Shown: piece by piece, positions 1 through 10,662 of the stretch
Numbering within the stretch: the stretch's first letter is position 1
Layout: each line of letters opens with the position of its first letter
Made by a program: the position numbers and the translations under genes
NCBI GenBank assembly: GCA_030704615.1
Contig: CM060734.1
Location: forward strand, 49,786,001 to 49,850,000
From: Takakia lepidozioides
Taxonomy: Eukaryota > Plantae > Bryophyta
Length of the DNA stretch: 64,000 bases
Direction of reading: 5' to 3'
The notes under the pieces: generated by a model
What the model was told of the DNA's origin: nothing
Database searches by the model: none
What the model saw: only the letters and a program-made list of their open reading frames with translations

Positions 1-285
1 AACATGTAATCTGTAGATAAATATGGATAGAGTACTTCCCAACGAGGAGTAAAAGCGCCACTGCAAAATAAATAACCATGAGTTTCTGAGCAAAACGATC
101 ATTGCTTTGTCGTCTGCCAGAGAGGAATCTGCCTAATCGCCAATGCGCATCCCAAGAGCCAGCCATCACGAGTACCATGTAGCAGCAGGGGAGCAGGTTT
201 ATGCGGCGCATCATCAAGGTTCACTGAAGCACGAGTTCAGTGCTGTGAAATGTGTCGGCGTGCTTAGGGCATAACTTCCCGATTT

Positions 286-615
286 CTCATCCAGGGTGGA
301 TGAAAAATCACATTTTATCAAGAGAAGCACTTTGTCAATGGATGACATCCAATAAAAAGGTATCTTTTAGGGTTATGGTATAGGCTTAGGTTTAATAACT
401 GCCATCATTTATGATGGTAGTTTTATTATCTCTTGGATTTTAAAATAGGTAACCATTATTCATGTAGTTCATCCAGTTTAGATGAAAGAAATAGATGGTA
501 AACCAAGCTTTATGTACATTAAGTTTCATCATCCTATAATAATATCATCCAGATTTGGATGAAAAAGGTTGGGATGAAAAACTAAATAACCTCAAAAGGT
601 TAAGGCCAGATGAAA
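286..615. repeat. AT-rich dispersed repeat with recurring GGATGAAA / TTTCATCC motifs (MITE-like relic)
   Basis: Repeated ggatgaaaa and tcatcc motifs in both orientations; similar motifs recur at about 55895-56050. Confidence 0.35.
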
Positions 616-627
616 TCCAAAGAGTTA

Positions 628-673
628 TAGAGGGAGAGGGAGAGGGAGAGAGAGGGAGAGAGAGAGGGAGAGA
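628..673 (+). repeat. GA-rich purine microsatellite
   Basis: Run of agagggagagggagagggagagagag... Confidence 0.85.
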
Positions 674-1081
674 TCAGGAAACCAAAAAAAAAAAATGGGG
701 GGGGGGGGAGGGGAGTGACTGAGCCCGTGCTGCTCAGCAGCTGGTGGTGGTGCTCAGTCACTTCCCCCCCCCCCACTTTCTCTTTGTTGCCCCCTCTCGA
801 GACCCCGAGCACTTGCTGCTTTCAGCCCCCGACATGCATGGTTTTTTTTGTTTTTGATCTGGAATGTTCCTAATGAGGCCAACTTGTGGGTTTGCATGAC
901 AGGTGCCAGCTTATGGGGAAAGAGAAGAAGTCCCCCGCCCCAAAGAAAGGGGTGGACAATCCATTTGCTCTACCGGCACGTGTGACGCACCAGGGCGTCT
1001 CACGGCTAACCAGCCCTGTCGACAGCCGCAGCCGGAGGGCTCGTCTGCCCCCGAGGCCAGTTCCCCCCTCTTGTCCACATC

Positions 1082-2509
1082 TTGGATGCGCCAGAGGCCG
1101 GCTCAGCCAGCTCTCCTATTCGGGAGGTTGTTGCTGAGCCGGATGCTCAGTTGAGCACACCCCCGGCCATCAAGACGGGTGAAATGTACCTTGGCAAGCA
1201 CATCACCCGTTCGGGGGCCCGATATGGGCACCTTTTGGATGTCACCCCCATAGCGACCCCTTCCTCCGCAGCAAAGGCTGCACTTGCCAAGGCCCAACGT
1301 CAGGTTCAAGGGCCTTTGAAAGCCTCCATTGCCAGCCCATTGTTGTCGATGAGGGAGGAGGAGACGAGGAGGGCCAATGAAGTGGCCAAGATAACGAAGT
1401 GCCTCGAAGAAGTCAAGCCGGGTGAGGGCTTCTACCCTGATACGCATTTGGGGGCCGGGGGAGAGGAGGAGGTATGGGCCGGTTCGGAGCAGCCTAGCCG
1501 ATCAGCGACACCGCCCCCTGAGCCTGAGTGGTCAGCAAAGAAGGGCCTGGACTACGGGGCGCCGCCGCCAGCTATGCTCCACATCTGGAATCTACTTCCA
1601 GTGGCGCTCCGGGAGGGGATAGAGCGGGCACATCCGGCAACGGGGACTCCTCCCACATCGGGTGACACCAGGGGCGAGTCGGACAAGCTTGCAAAGGTAC
1701 AACTGTCGCACCTTGTTCCATGATTTATCCTTTCCTTTGCATGCATGATTTTCTTTGTTGTTTGTTTCTTTTTTTGAATTTGGAGGGGTTATTTGTCTTC
1801 AGGAGGCAGCAACATGGCTGGCCTCATTGGTGCAATCCAATGGGGTTGCCAATGAGGGAGAGCACGTGGTGTTAATGAAGGACCCGAACACCAAAGGTAA
1901 GAAGAAGAGGCCTCGATCTCCCGAGATCCCTTTTACCATCAATGAAGGGGCTGCCGAGGAGAGAGAGAGAAGGGAGAAGGAGAAGGAGAGAGAGGAAGTA
2001 GCGGGGAAGGGGAAGGAGATGGTCGTGGAGAAGGGGAAGGAAAAGAAGAAGAAGAAAAAGAAGTCCCATGGAGAGGAAGGGGTGAGTGTGCATGCGGGGG
2101 AGGGCAGTGGGGTAACAAAGGAGCAGGGGAATGAGGCTACAAAAAAGGGAGAGGGTGGGATGGCCTTGGCGATACAGGACGTGGAGTTGGCAAAGATCGT
2201 GGTGCCACCAGTGGAGGTGAATCGCCATGGTGACCCCTGCGGTGCATTCTGGGAGGCTATGAAGAAGCCAGCCTTCGAACTGCATTGAGGTGGTTCCCTT
2301 TGCACATCAAGTGGGTTGATCAGCACTTTGGCGCGAAGCAGGCGTATGCCCGTGAGTTAGACCGCCGGTTTCCGGGCAATTGGAGTGACACAAGGGTGAT
2401 GGAGATGGTGGGGCAAAACTTGAAGGACAGGAGGTACCGTGCCAGACAGATCATTCGGAGGGCAATGGAAAAGGGGGCCATACCCAAACCACCTTATGGA
2501 ATTACACAG
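1082..2509 (+). pseudogene. Intron-containing ORF remnant, probably the accessory (TnpA-like) gene of the CACTA element
   Basis: ORF 1082-1696, GT..AG intron about 1697-1802, K/E-rich exon 1803-2288, frameshift into 2285-2509 (WFPLHIKW...NLKDRRYRAR), then a GT donor. It lies just inside a CACTA terminus; the TE association is inferred. Confidence 0.4.
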
Positions 2510-2539
2510 GTTGGCAAATCCTGAATCATGTCACCTTCC

Positions 2540-3097
2540 ATTTGTCGCATGTGCATTAATGAGGTGGATTCGATGCAACGTATGCCGCCACCCTGCCTGC
2601 GCCACATTTTTTTTTTAAAATTAAATTTAAAACAAAAAAGCGATGCCGGCGCGTCGCAACAACCCACGCTCGGGCGTGGCAGAGACCGACTCCTGCTGTT
2701 TTTGTGCCACGCCCAATAGTCGCTTGGCGTACCACCCGGCTGACTCCCGGGCAAGTTAGAAAAAAAAAAAAAAAAAAAAAAAAATGCGACGTCGCGCCGG
2801 CGCCCCTACCAACGCCGTTGGCTGGAGGGCCGCGACGGCGCGATGTCGCTCGAAGAGGCTCCTGCCATCGGCGCGGACGGCCTGAAAAACCGACGTCTGA
2901 CAGTCGCGGGAGTTGGGGCGGGGGCTCGCGACCCCCATACGTCGCATTTTTGCGACGTCATTTTGGCGATGCCCTTGTGACTGCAGGGCGACGGCCGGGT
3001 GTCGCAAATTCTGCGCCTCCCGCATGCTCGGAAAGGGCGTTTTCCCGACGCTGCGGCGTGGCGTGGGCGTCGCAAAGGCCCCCTTTTTCCTGTAGTG
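2540..3097. mobile_element. Right terminus of a CACTA (En/Spm) DNA transposon with GC-rich subterminal repeats
   Basis: Ends in CCCTTTTTCCTGTAGTG (reverse complement CACTACAGGAAAAAGGG) at 3097, preceded by many GCGAC/GTCGC motifs in both orientations. The left terminus was not found in the window. Confidence 0.75.
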
Positions 3098-3114
3098 ATT
3101 CGACATGATGGGGT

Positions 3115-3410
3115 ATTTTGTAATGTGTCTTGTTTGGTAATGAGGTGCTTGTCCAGCTCTTATTTTCCCAATCTATTTATGTTCTCCACCTGTAACAGTT
3201 CCGCAAATGTGCAGCAAAAATACTTGAAACATCATATGATCATGAAAACGTGATGTTGCGGAGAACGCTTCCAAAAATTTTCATGGTCATTTGGTTTTTC
3301 AAGGATTTTCTAGGCACACTATTGGAACTGTTCCTAGTGGAGAACATGAACAGATTGGACTAATTTGACTTGGAGGAGCACCGCATTCCGAAGCAGGTGA
3401 CACTACTGAA
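3115..3410. repeat. Imperfect long inverted repeat (about 300-nt foldback)
   Basis: The reverse complement of 3130-3203 (ggaactgttacaggtggagaacataaatagattgg...) matches 3324-3400 (ggaactgttcctagtggagaacatgaacagattgg...). 3216-3249 pairs with 3279-3311. Confidence 0.75.
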
Positions 3411-3579
3411 AAAGCTTCAAATTACAAGGCACAACAAGATGGACGGAGATGAATTGGCAATCGAATCATCATTTGGAGTATAGTATAATTGACATGATAG
3501 TTGTGACTATTGTTTTATCTCAAAAATTAATATCAAATATCGAATGAAATGTCTAACTTTGGCCCTGATAATTTTCGTA

Positions 3580-4850
3580 GGAATTTATGCAAGCATGTCA
3601 ACTCATACTGGAGATGAGTAGCGTGAAGGAGGCCATGGTTCTGGTTCTCTGTGACGAAGACGTATAGAACCTGTGGGAGGAGGTGTTCAAATAGTGGGAA
3701 CAAGGAAAGCTTATTGATATTTTTCGGGATCCAGTGCAAGGGTGAACAGCTACCGCTGAATAAAACTGCTATCGCGAAACTGCAAGGACTTAAATAGCAG
3801 GCAGTTGAAAAGAGTGGCGGAGAAAATCCTGAACAGAGACATTTGCAGTCGGAGAACAAAATTCAAGGGCGCGGACAAATCCAAAAACACAATGAATGCG
3901 TATATTGACCAAATGAAATTGAGAGGGATTATTATCGACGATGTAATGGAAGTCTTAGGGTGGCCTCGGAGGAGCAAACAGAACCCGGAACCGTATACCA
4001 AATAGAAGTGACGTGATGTGAAAAAAAAATACAACTTCAACAAAGCTGAGTTTGAAACTTTTCGAGATCGGCTCGGGAACGACTACATTGTAAGCAAACA
4101 GAAGATGAATATGGAGACGCAGCCAATGACTGCTGCCTTCAAGAAGTATGTCTTGTCGTGCAAGCAGACCTTCGAGGATAACCAAAATGCCCTGGCGATT
4201 CTACGCACGAGCTTTAGGTCCCATTACACACAGCTGGGGGGAAACCAAAAATTTGCTGATGTCAGATCACGGTTGGGACTTGCACCAAAGACATGGTTCG
4301 ACAACATATCGATGGTGTTCGTCAATATAGTTTGTGATAATGACTCTGTTGTCTTCGAGGCAAAGGACTACTCCAATATCCTGGATGCTTTTGTGGTTCG
4401 GAAGCTCATGTCCAATGCATTTGTGTTTTTCTCGACACAAGAATCATCTGGAAATCTTGTGTCATACATCCGGAATGGCCCTGGATCAAAATCGTTTATT
4501 ATCCGACAGGGTTATTACATTCCCGGCGAGTTTGAATCACCTTACAAGAGCTGCACGACTATATTCTCCCGGACGGTCCTCTGCCTCGACTACATATTTC
4601 CGGCAACAGTTGAGGAGATGGTAAATCCGGACGATCACATTCAAACTGTTTTGTTAACGCCGGACCCAATTAATCCCGTTATCCAAGGACCGGATGTAGA
4701 CCCAACCTCGCAGGAGAAAGAGTGCAGGACTTACACTCATGAGCTGAGGGCGGACACCTACGATTACTTGTTTTTTTTTTTTTGCAGGGACGGAATGTCT
4801 TGTGTGAACATTTTCGGAGGACTGGCAATGACATACGTTCTACTTGTAAG
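3580..4850 (+). pseudogene. Decayed gene whose C-terminal part resembles a degenerate beta-class N4C/N6A methyltransferase fold
   Basis: Reading frame from the acceptor at about 3579 through 3805-4005 and 4018-4902 with several stops. The end, YTHELRADTYDYLF..FCRDGMSCVNIFGG, resembles HPxxKPxxLxxxLI..GDxVLDPFxG, but no DPPY/SPPY motif is present. Confidence 0.3.
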
Positions 4851-5136
4851 TGGATTCTGCATCGTTTTGGAATTGTCTGTGTTTTTAGTTTTCCGGATTT
4901 AACTCTTGTGTTTTTTTACATTGTCGGAATAGCGTGTTTAACCTGTGTCTGAATGTTCCCATTTTCTTAACCTCCACTGGGCAGTGGAGGTTCATGTTAT
5001 TGGAGTTCTGGGTGTTTTGGGTGTTTGTTATTCGGAAGTTTGGTGTGTTTGCTAGTTGTCTCAAAAGAAAGCCTAACCCTTTCAATCTTTCGATGGTTGG
5101 TGTTCGTCGGATTTATTTTGATATCATTGTTTGGTT

Positions 5137-5328
5137 TCATTGCAGGAAAGAAATATTCGTGTGCTTGACATAAACTTTGCAACGAAAAAGAAATTTTGTA
5201 GAAGCAAGGTGGAGGCTTAGGCCTCGTTTCACAGTAAAGGGATGGCCAGTCTTGTTGATAATGTCTGTTGACTCCACACTCGCGAATACTCGACCGAGGC
5301 TGTAACTGAAGCCCATCCATATAAACAT
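5137..5328 (-). pseudogene. Truncated paralog of the 5442-5765 small protein
   Basis: Shares T(D/K)IINKTG(H/R)P with 5442-5765 and stops early. Confidence 0.45.
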
Positions 5329-5441
5329 GTTAGCTCATAAAGAAAGTCACTTAGATGTCTTCAAATATCGGCACAAGAACCAGTCAATCAGTAAAACAAC
5401 CTCGAAGTGCGAGTGCCAACAATAGTGGTGAATAGACCAGC

Positions 5442-5765
5442 TTACCGACTTCTGCGGGAAGGCCGCGGGTCATATGATTTTGAGTAACCTTTTATGGTGA
5501 CACTTTCATTCCCGGCTATGTCATCACCATCAAATTCAAGAACAAGATGTAAATTGTCGTATAGACCATACTTGTAGTCCTTGTTGTAGCAGATGTCATA
5601 GGTATCACCATCTTTCAGTGTGGTCAAGCATGAAGTTGCTGCCTCCCCTTTTGCCTTGTCTAAACCATCTGAGGATTCTTCCAAAACTGGAGGAAGTACG
5701 CCGTCAGAGGATTCTATCAACGCCATAGGACGGCCAGTCTTGTTGATAATTTTGGTCCCTTCCAT
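5442..5765 (-). CDS. Small 107-aa hypothetical protein (beta-strand-like pattern)
   Basis: Intact ATG-to-stop ORF MEGTKIINKTGRPMALIES... with an adjacent tandem paralog. Confidence 0.5.
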   Translation of the reverse strand: MEGTKIINKTGRPMALIESSDGVLPPVLEESSDGLDKAKGEAATSCLTTLKDGDTYDICYNKDYKYGLYDNLHLVLEFDGDDIAGNESVTIKGYSKSYDPRPSRRSR

Positions 5766-6341
5766 ACCTCAATATCCCGTCTTTCTTCTCTTCACCACAG
5801 GAAAGATACTGCGGAGGTCGTAAATAGTCGACACTCAGTATTCTGGACCAAACAAATGTAGTTATGGTGTGCATCTTGTGGAAATGTTATAGAAAAGCAC
5901 CTTGGCAGACATTTTCTCAAAATGTGAAGAGCAAGATTGTCAATGTAATGAAGCGCGTGGAGAGATAAATACAGTAGTTGAATACTTGTGCTCTCTTCTG
6001 CATGAGTTGGGAAAACATGTCCTTACGCTCACTTGGGTTTATCCTTGTTCAGCGAAATTCCGTCAACTCTTCAGCACCTCAATGCGTTTCTTCAACACCT
6101 GAAAGAGAGCCTACACACTTTTCTTCTCCCGTTACACACAATTCGGAAGTATAGTGGCCAGCACGATTAAGACCCACAAATAACAAATACTTTCAGATCA
6201 GAGATTTATATGAGAATCCAGTATCGTGTTTACCTTCCACAATTCATGACTAAAAATCTGAAAGTTAGTGAATGTACGTGCCAGGCAATTCTACTGACAG
6301 ACAGTGCAACGAATAGCAAAGCTCCACACAAGTAGCCATTG

Positions 6342-6367
6342 GAGAGAGAGAGAGAGAGAGAGAGAGA
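6342..6367 (+). repeat. (GA)n microsatellite
   Basis: Perfect GA run. Confidence 0.9.
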
Positions 6368-6994
6368 TGACGCCAACCAAAGTTAGAGCCCTCCTTCCCT
6401 TGCGGATACGCCTTCCTTTCGGGGGTGGGCTCTAGGGAGCCATTGGAGACAGTATGACCGCTTCACAATCCACTTTCTCAGTCATGAAAGCGACGGGCGT
6501 GGACATTGCACATGTGAGTTCTACAGTCGGTTCTCATACTCGAGTGTCCAAGGATGGTCAGAAAATTGGCTTTCTACGTTTCTCCCCGACAACCGATGAC
6601 CATTTACATAGCTTAACAAGGAGTCCAGCGAATTAACGTTCGAAACCGAAATAAACTTGAATCCTTTTTACCTCGAAACAGGAGAGTGCACCTTCGAAGC
6701 TTGTCGGTCACTCTTAACTGAGACGGTGAAGAGAATAGTGGATCGGAAAATCCCTGTCGCTCTATCTAAGCCGGTCATACAAGTAACCTCTACTGGACAG
6801 TCGAGGTTGCCATCTGGTGCCACAGAGAAGGACGACAACGTTTGCCGTAGAGATGGGAAAGAGGAGAAGCAGCCTGCCCAGGGATCTCAGCAGCCGCCCC
6901 AAAAAAACGGTAATGCTTTCAACTCCATTTTTCCGTTTGTCTACTTTAAGATTTCTGAAATTGAAATTATAATGAACTCTTCTGTTATTCCACA

Positions 6995-8643
6995 GGACAA
7001 CATGCATTACCCTCCAGTCGACAATTCCCGTTCTGTCAATCCAAACGATCTGCATTCCCTTCCTTGGGGACCGAACGGCTGCCGGCCAAGATACTACGTC
7101 CTGGTTCTGGACATCGGTTACCTTTGTGAGGTTTTCCTAAAGGATGGAAAGAAAACACCTCCTGCCACCCATCCTTGTATCTCCGCAGGGAAATTCAAGT
7201 TAGCTACATGAAACGGTCTTGACGAATTCATTAAGTAGGCCGTAAAAAAGTTTGCCGTTTGTTTTTGGAACACTGGACCTGAAGTGAACGTTGAGACTAT
7301 TGCCAAGCCGTGTTTGGGAAGTCCCAGGTCAGATCTTACAGCAGTGAGAATTCCATCATGCATAGATCGACATTCAACGAAAAATGGCCTAAAGCTCCCA
7401 AAAATCCCATCTACTTTAAACGTCTTTACGACATTTTCGCTGAGGAAGACCCGACAGCTTACAAATCCAATACTCTCCTCATCGACACTGTAGACAATAT
7501 GTACAAGTCCTACTTGAACTCGTTAGGACATACCATCTTCCTTCCAAAATATAAGGCGCGCGTGGACCCTGACAGAGATAAATTTCTACTGGAAGAGCTC
7601 AAGCCTCACCTTAACATGTTCCGGTTATCGGGGATGGATGTCATGCCATTCAACGAGCTACATCCTTTCGGCGTTATGAAGGATTTCTTCGAGGACGACC
7701 CAGCGGTCAAATTTCTTAGAGACTTTGATTATAGGTGGCAGAAGTTCCTTAGCAATCACGAGTTGCGTGCCGCTGCATTGGGACATAAAATATTTTAATT
7801 GAGTTTGGTGAACCTCGACTGTCTACTGGACGTTCTTGTTCACTTGCCTGGTGTCGGTTTTTCCAATGCATTGTACTATTCCATTTTATCATCCTAAGTA
7901 TGAATGACTTTCTGGCAGATTGGAACACCTGTTTCTCCTCCTGCGCAAGGGTTGCGTTTGATTATTTTTGACATGAATGGAGTCTTGTGCAAAATCTTGA
8001 AGCACCAGAAGAGCTACAATGTCCCCCGGTTTCAAAATCGGACTACGGAATTTCAGCTCTCGTCGGATTCCGACTTGTCTTTAGACGGGAGAAATATCGC
8101 GAAGTGTGGACAGAGGTGCACTTCCGGTTAGGGATTTGGAGCTCTATGATGTACAAGAACTTGCAGCCCATCCTGGATTTTTTGCTTTGTGGTCTACCTC
8201 AACCGGCCTTCGTTATGTCTCAAGAGGATAGTATTTCATGTCCTACTTCGGTTCACCTTCAATTCAAATCAGGATTGGACCCTCCTCATTTGTTTTTGAA
8301 GCCACTGGTCAAGGTCTGGTAGAGATTTGGTGGACAATATACTAAGAATAACACTCTGCTCATTGACGACACCGCCATGAAGTGTGTATTGAACCCGCCC
8401 GCCTCATGTCTTGTTCTCAAACCGTTCCAGACCGTGGAGACTGATGGTTGCTATCTTTTCAAGGTTTTTCAGACCTATTTGCTTGGAATGAGGAAACATC
8501 CCACTGTTTCAAGCTATCTTAGGAAAAAAATGATAGGGTTGAGTTTTTTTCCCAATGTTTCAAACGATCCCAAGTTTAGCCCACTCTGGGATTTTATTGA
8601 GGACAACGGTTTTAAGAGTCTCAGATATGATGCTTCAAAATAA
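6995..8643 (+). pseudogene. FCP1/NIF-type HAD phosphatase gene with two tandem domains, disrupted
   Basis: Domain 1: VLVLDIG.., FKRLYDIF..NTLLIDT..KSYLN (7090-7798). Domain 2: LIIFDMNGVL, GIWSS, LFLKPL, NTLLIDDT, KCVLNPP (7920-8643). Frameshifts and stops are present. Confidence 0.7.
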
Positions 8644-9037
8644 ATTATTTTTTATCAATCCCATCTCACTCGAGCTATTGAATATCTTCATGGTTTCTGA
8701 TTTTCATTGCCTTGTAATCACACACGTGATAGATATGGTACTCATTTTTTCACTCATTTTCAGTTGAATGCTTGACGCACATTCTGGGCAATCCCAAGAC
8801 TCTGATACATGCCTTCATACAGGGACATGACTATATCTAGTGACCTCCACTGTTCAATGGAGGTTCACATTCTTGTATTCCCGGATTTATGATTATGTCT
8901 CTTTGGCTAGGTTCAAGAAGATGCTGACGACGTCATCGGTTCCTCAAGTCCCCTAAAGGAACCCTCCGGATCAGCAGAGAGTCGGAGTATTGAAGGCTTT
9001 CCGAGGGTTCATGATGGTGCTCAAATTGAGGGTGGAT

Positions 9038-9768
9038 TGTCGCGCACCTCACTTCGGTAAGCTCCCCTTCAAGTCATAGTTACTCGCTTTGATGCGCGCG
9101 CCTGACTCCCAACATGGCCGCCCGGGCCAACTTGGAGCTTCGGCTGCTCACCGGGACATAACAGTCCCCCTTCGCTTCCTCCTAAACCCTCCACCTATTT
9201 GGGCCTAGGAGAATTCCCTTTGATAGATGGCAGTCCGGAACAGCTCCCCACTCTTTGGTCGCTTTCCGGCTCGCTCGCTTACTCACTAGTTTTTGGTCAC
9301 CAACGGGCTTGCACCGTTCTCGGGGTCACTACTCCCCTTATATATACTTCTGTAGCTGTCCGCGGGGGTTTCACAACCAGCCATGCCATTTTATGGCGAA
9401 CCACCACGAAAACCCTTGACTCCCGGTGATGAGTCGCGGTGAGTCTTGGCCCACTCACCACGGCCCCTATGGACCGTGATGAGTCCCAAGACTCCCCACG
9501 ACTCCCACCACGAGATCTCCGCCCCCATGGTGAGTCCTATGCCACCCCCACTAAGTCCCGCTAAGCTACCACCACCCCTTGTGGAGCCACCCCCACCGCA
9601 ACCCGGTGTGCGGGGCTCCACCTAGTGAGCGCCTCCGCTTCCCTGAGTGCCTTGGGCACTCAAGGGTGCTTCAGCCCCCCCCCATACCTATCGCTGCCGC
9701 TGCCCCCACCACAGGGGCAGCCCCTCGTGTGTCCCAACCCCCTGCCCTCAAGGCAAAGGGCCGCGACA
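9038..9768 (-). repeat. 3' LTR of copy A
   Basis: tgtcgcgcac...ccgcgaca, flanked by the PPT (GGTAGGGGTGTG on the minus strand, 9769-9780). Confidence 0.95.
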
Positions 9769-10662
9769 CACACCCCTACCAACAGGGAGTCGATGTCCTC
9801 ATCGACTTGTCCATTTTGTAGAAACGAACATCCAAGTTGTGGCGTCCCACATCAAGGAGTTTGTTTCCGTCCCATGGCAAAGAACCAAACCCCACACTTG
9901 ACTCTACTCTCCACTAGCTAGTTCGGCCGACTTCCTCCAAGTCCCGGCCAAGGGTGGAGCCTCTCCAGCTCCTCCCAGTGCACTCTTCTTGGCCTACTTC
10001 CAGGCCAAGGAACGATCCTCCCCGAGGATCGAATCGCCTTACTGCAACAACATTGCTTGCGACCGCTCATGATGCCGCTTTTGGCATCACCTTGAGCAAG
10101 GGTTCCCTGAACCCTCTTTGACTAGGAAGATAACCTTGAACCAACCGTGCGCCCCAATCACTACAATTGGGTCCGCCTTGGAATGCTGGCCTGAGGTACG
10201 GGAACACGCCGAAGCCGCACTACGACTTTGTCCCGAGGCTACACGATTATAGTACGTGAACGGAAGCATGTAGCTTCCGCGTTAGCCCGCACTACAAGGC
10301 AACCCCCTCGGTAGCGCAGTTATAGTACGCGCACGCGCCAGGTGCGCACTAGCACGTGAACTCCCAAAGAAGTCGCAAGTTTCCTTGCCCCTTGGATGGG
10401 GGTCACCCGATTTCGGCACTACGCAAACACACGATTAACCCAATTTACCTCTCCCACTTTTATAAGCTAGCATGCATTCTACACACTAGCCAACCATACC
10501 ATGCATCACCATTCCAAATAAAATAGGACGCACAACATTTGGAACCCATTTCCTTTATAACAAATTTTTGTACAATACAAGTTTTTGTAATCGGATTCCT
10601 AAGCTAGCTAAGCCGGGCTAAGCATGCATTTCCTCCCCCACGCTCCAAGGTTGATGTCCCCA

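Noticed and set aside
9199-9921. Short ORFs inside the LTRs (repeated at 15221-15868, 44890-45402 and 50549-50866)
   Set aside because: GC-rich LTR sequence; they recur only because the LTRs are repeated.
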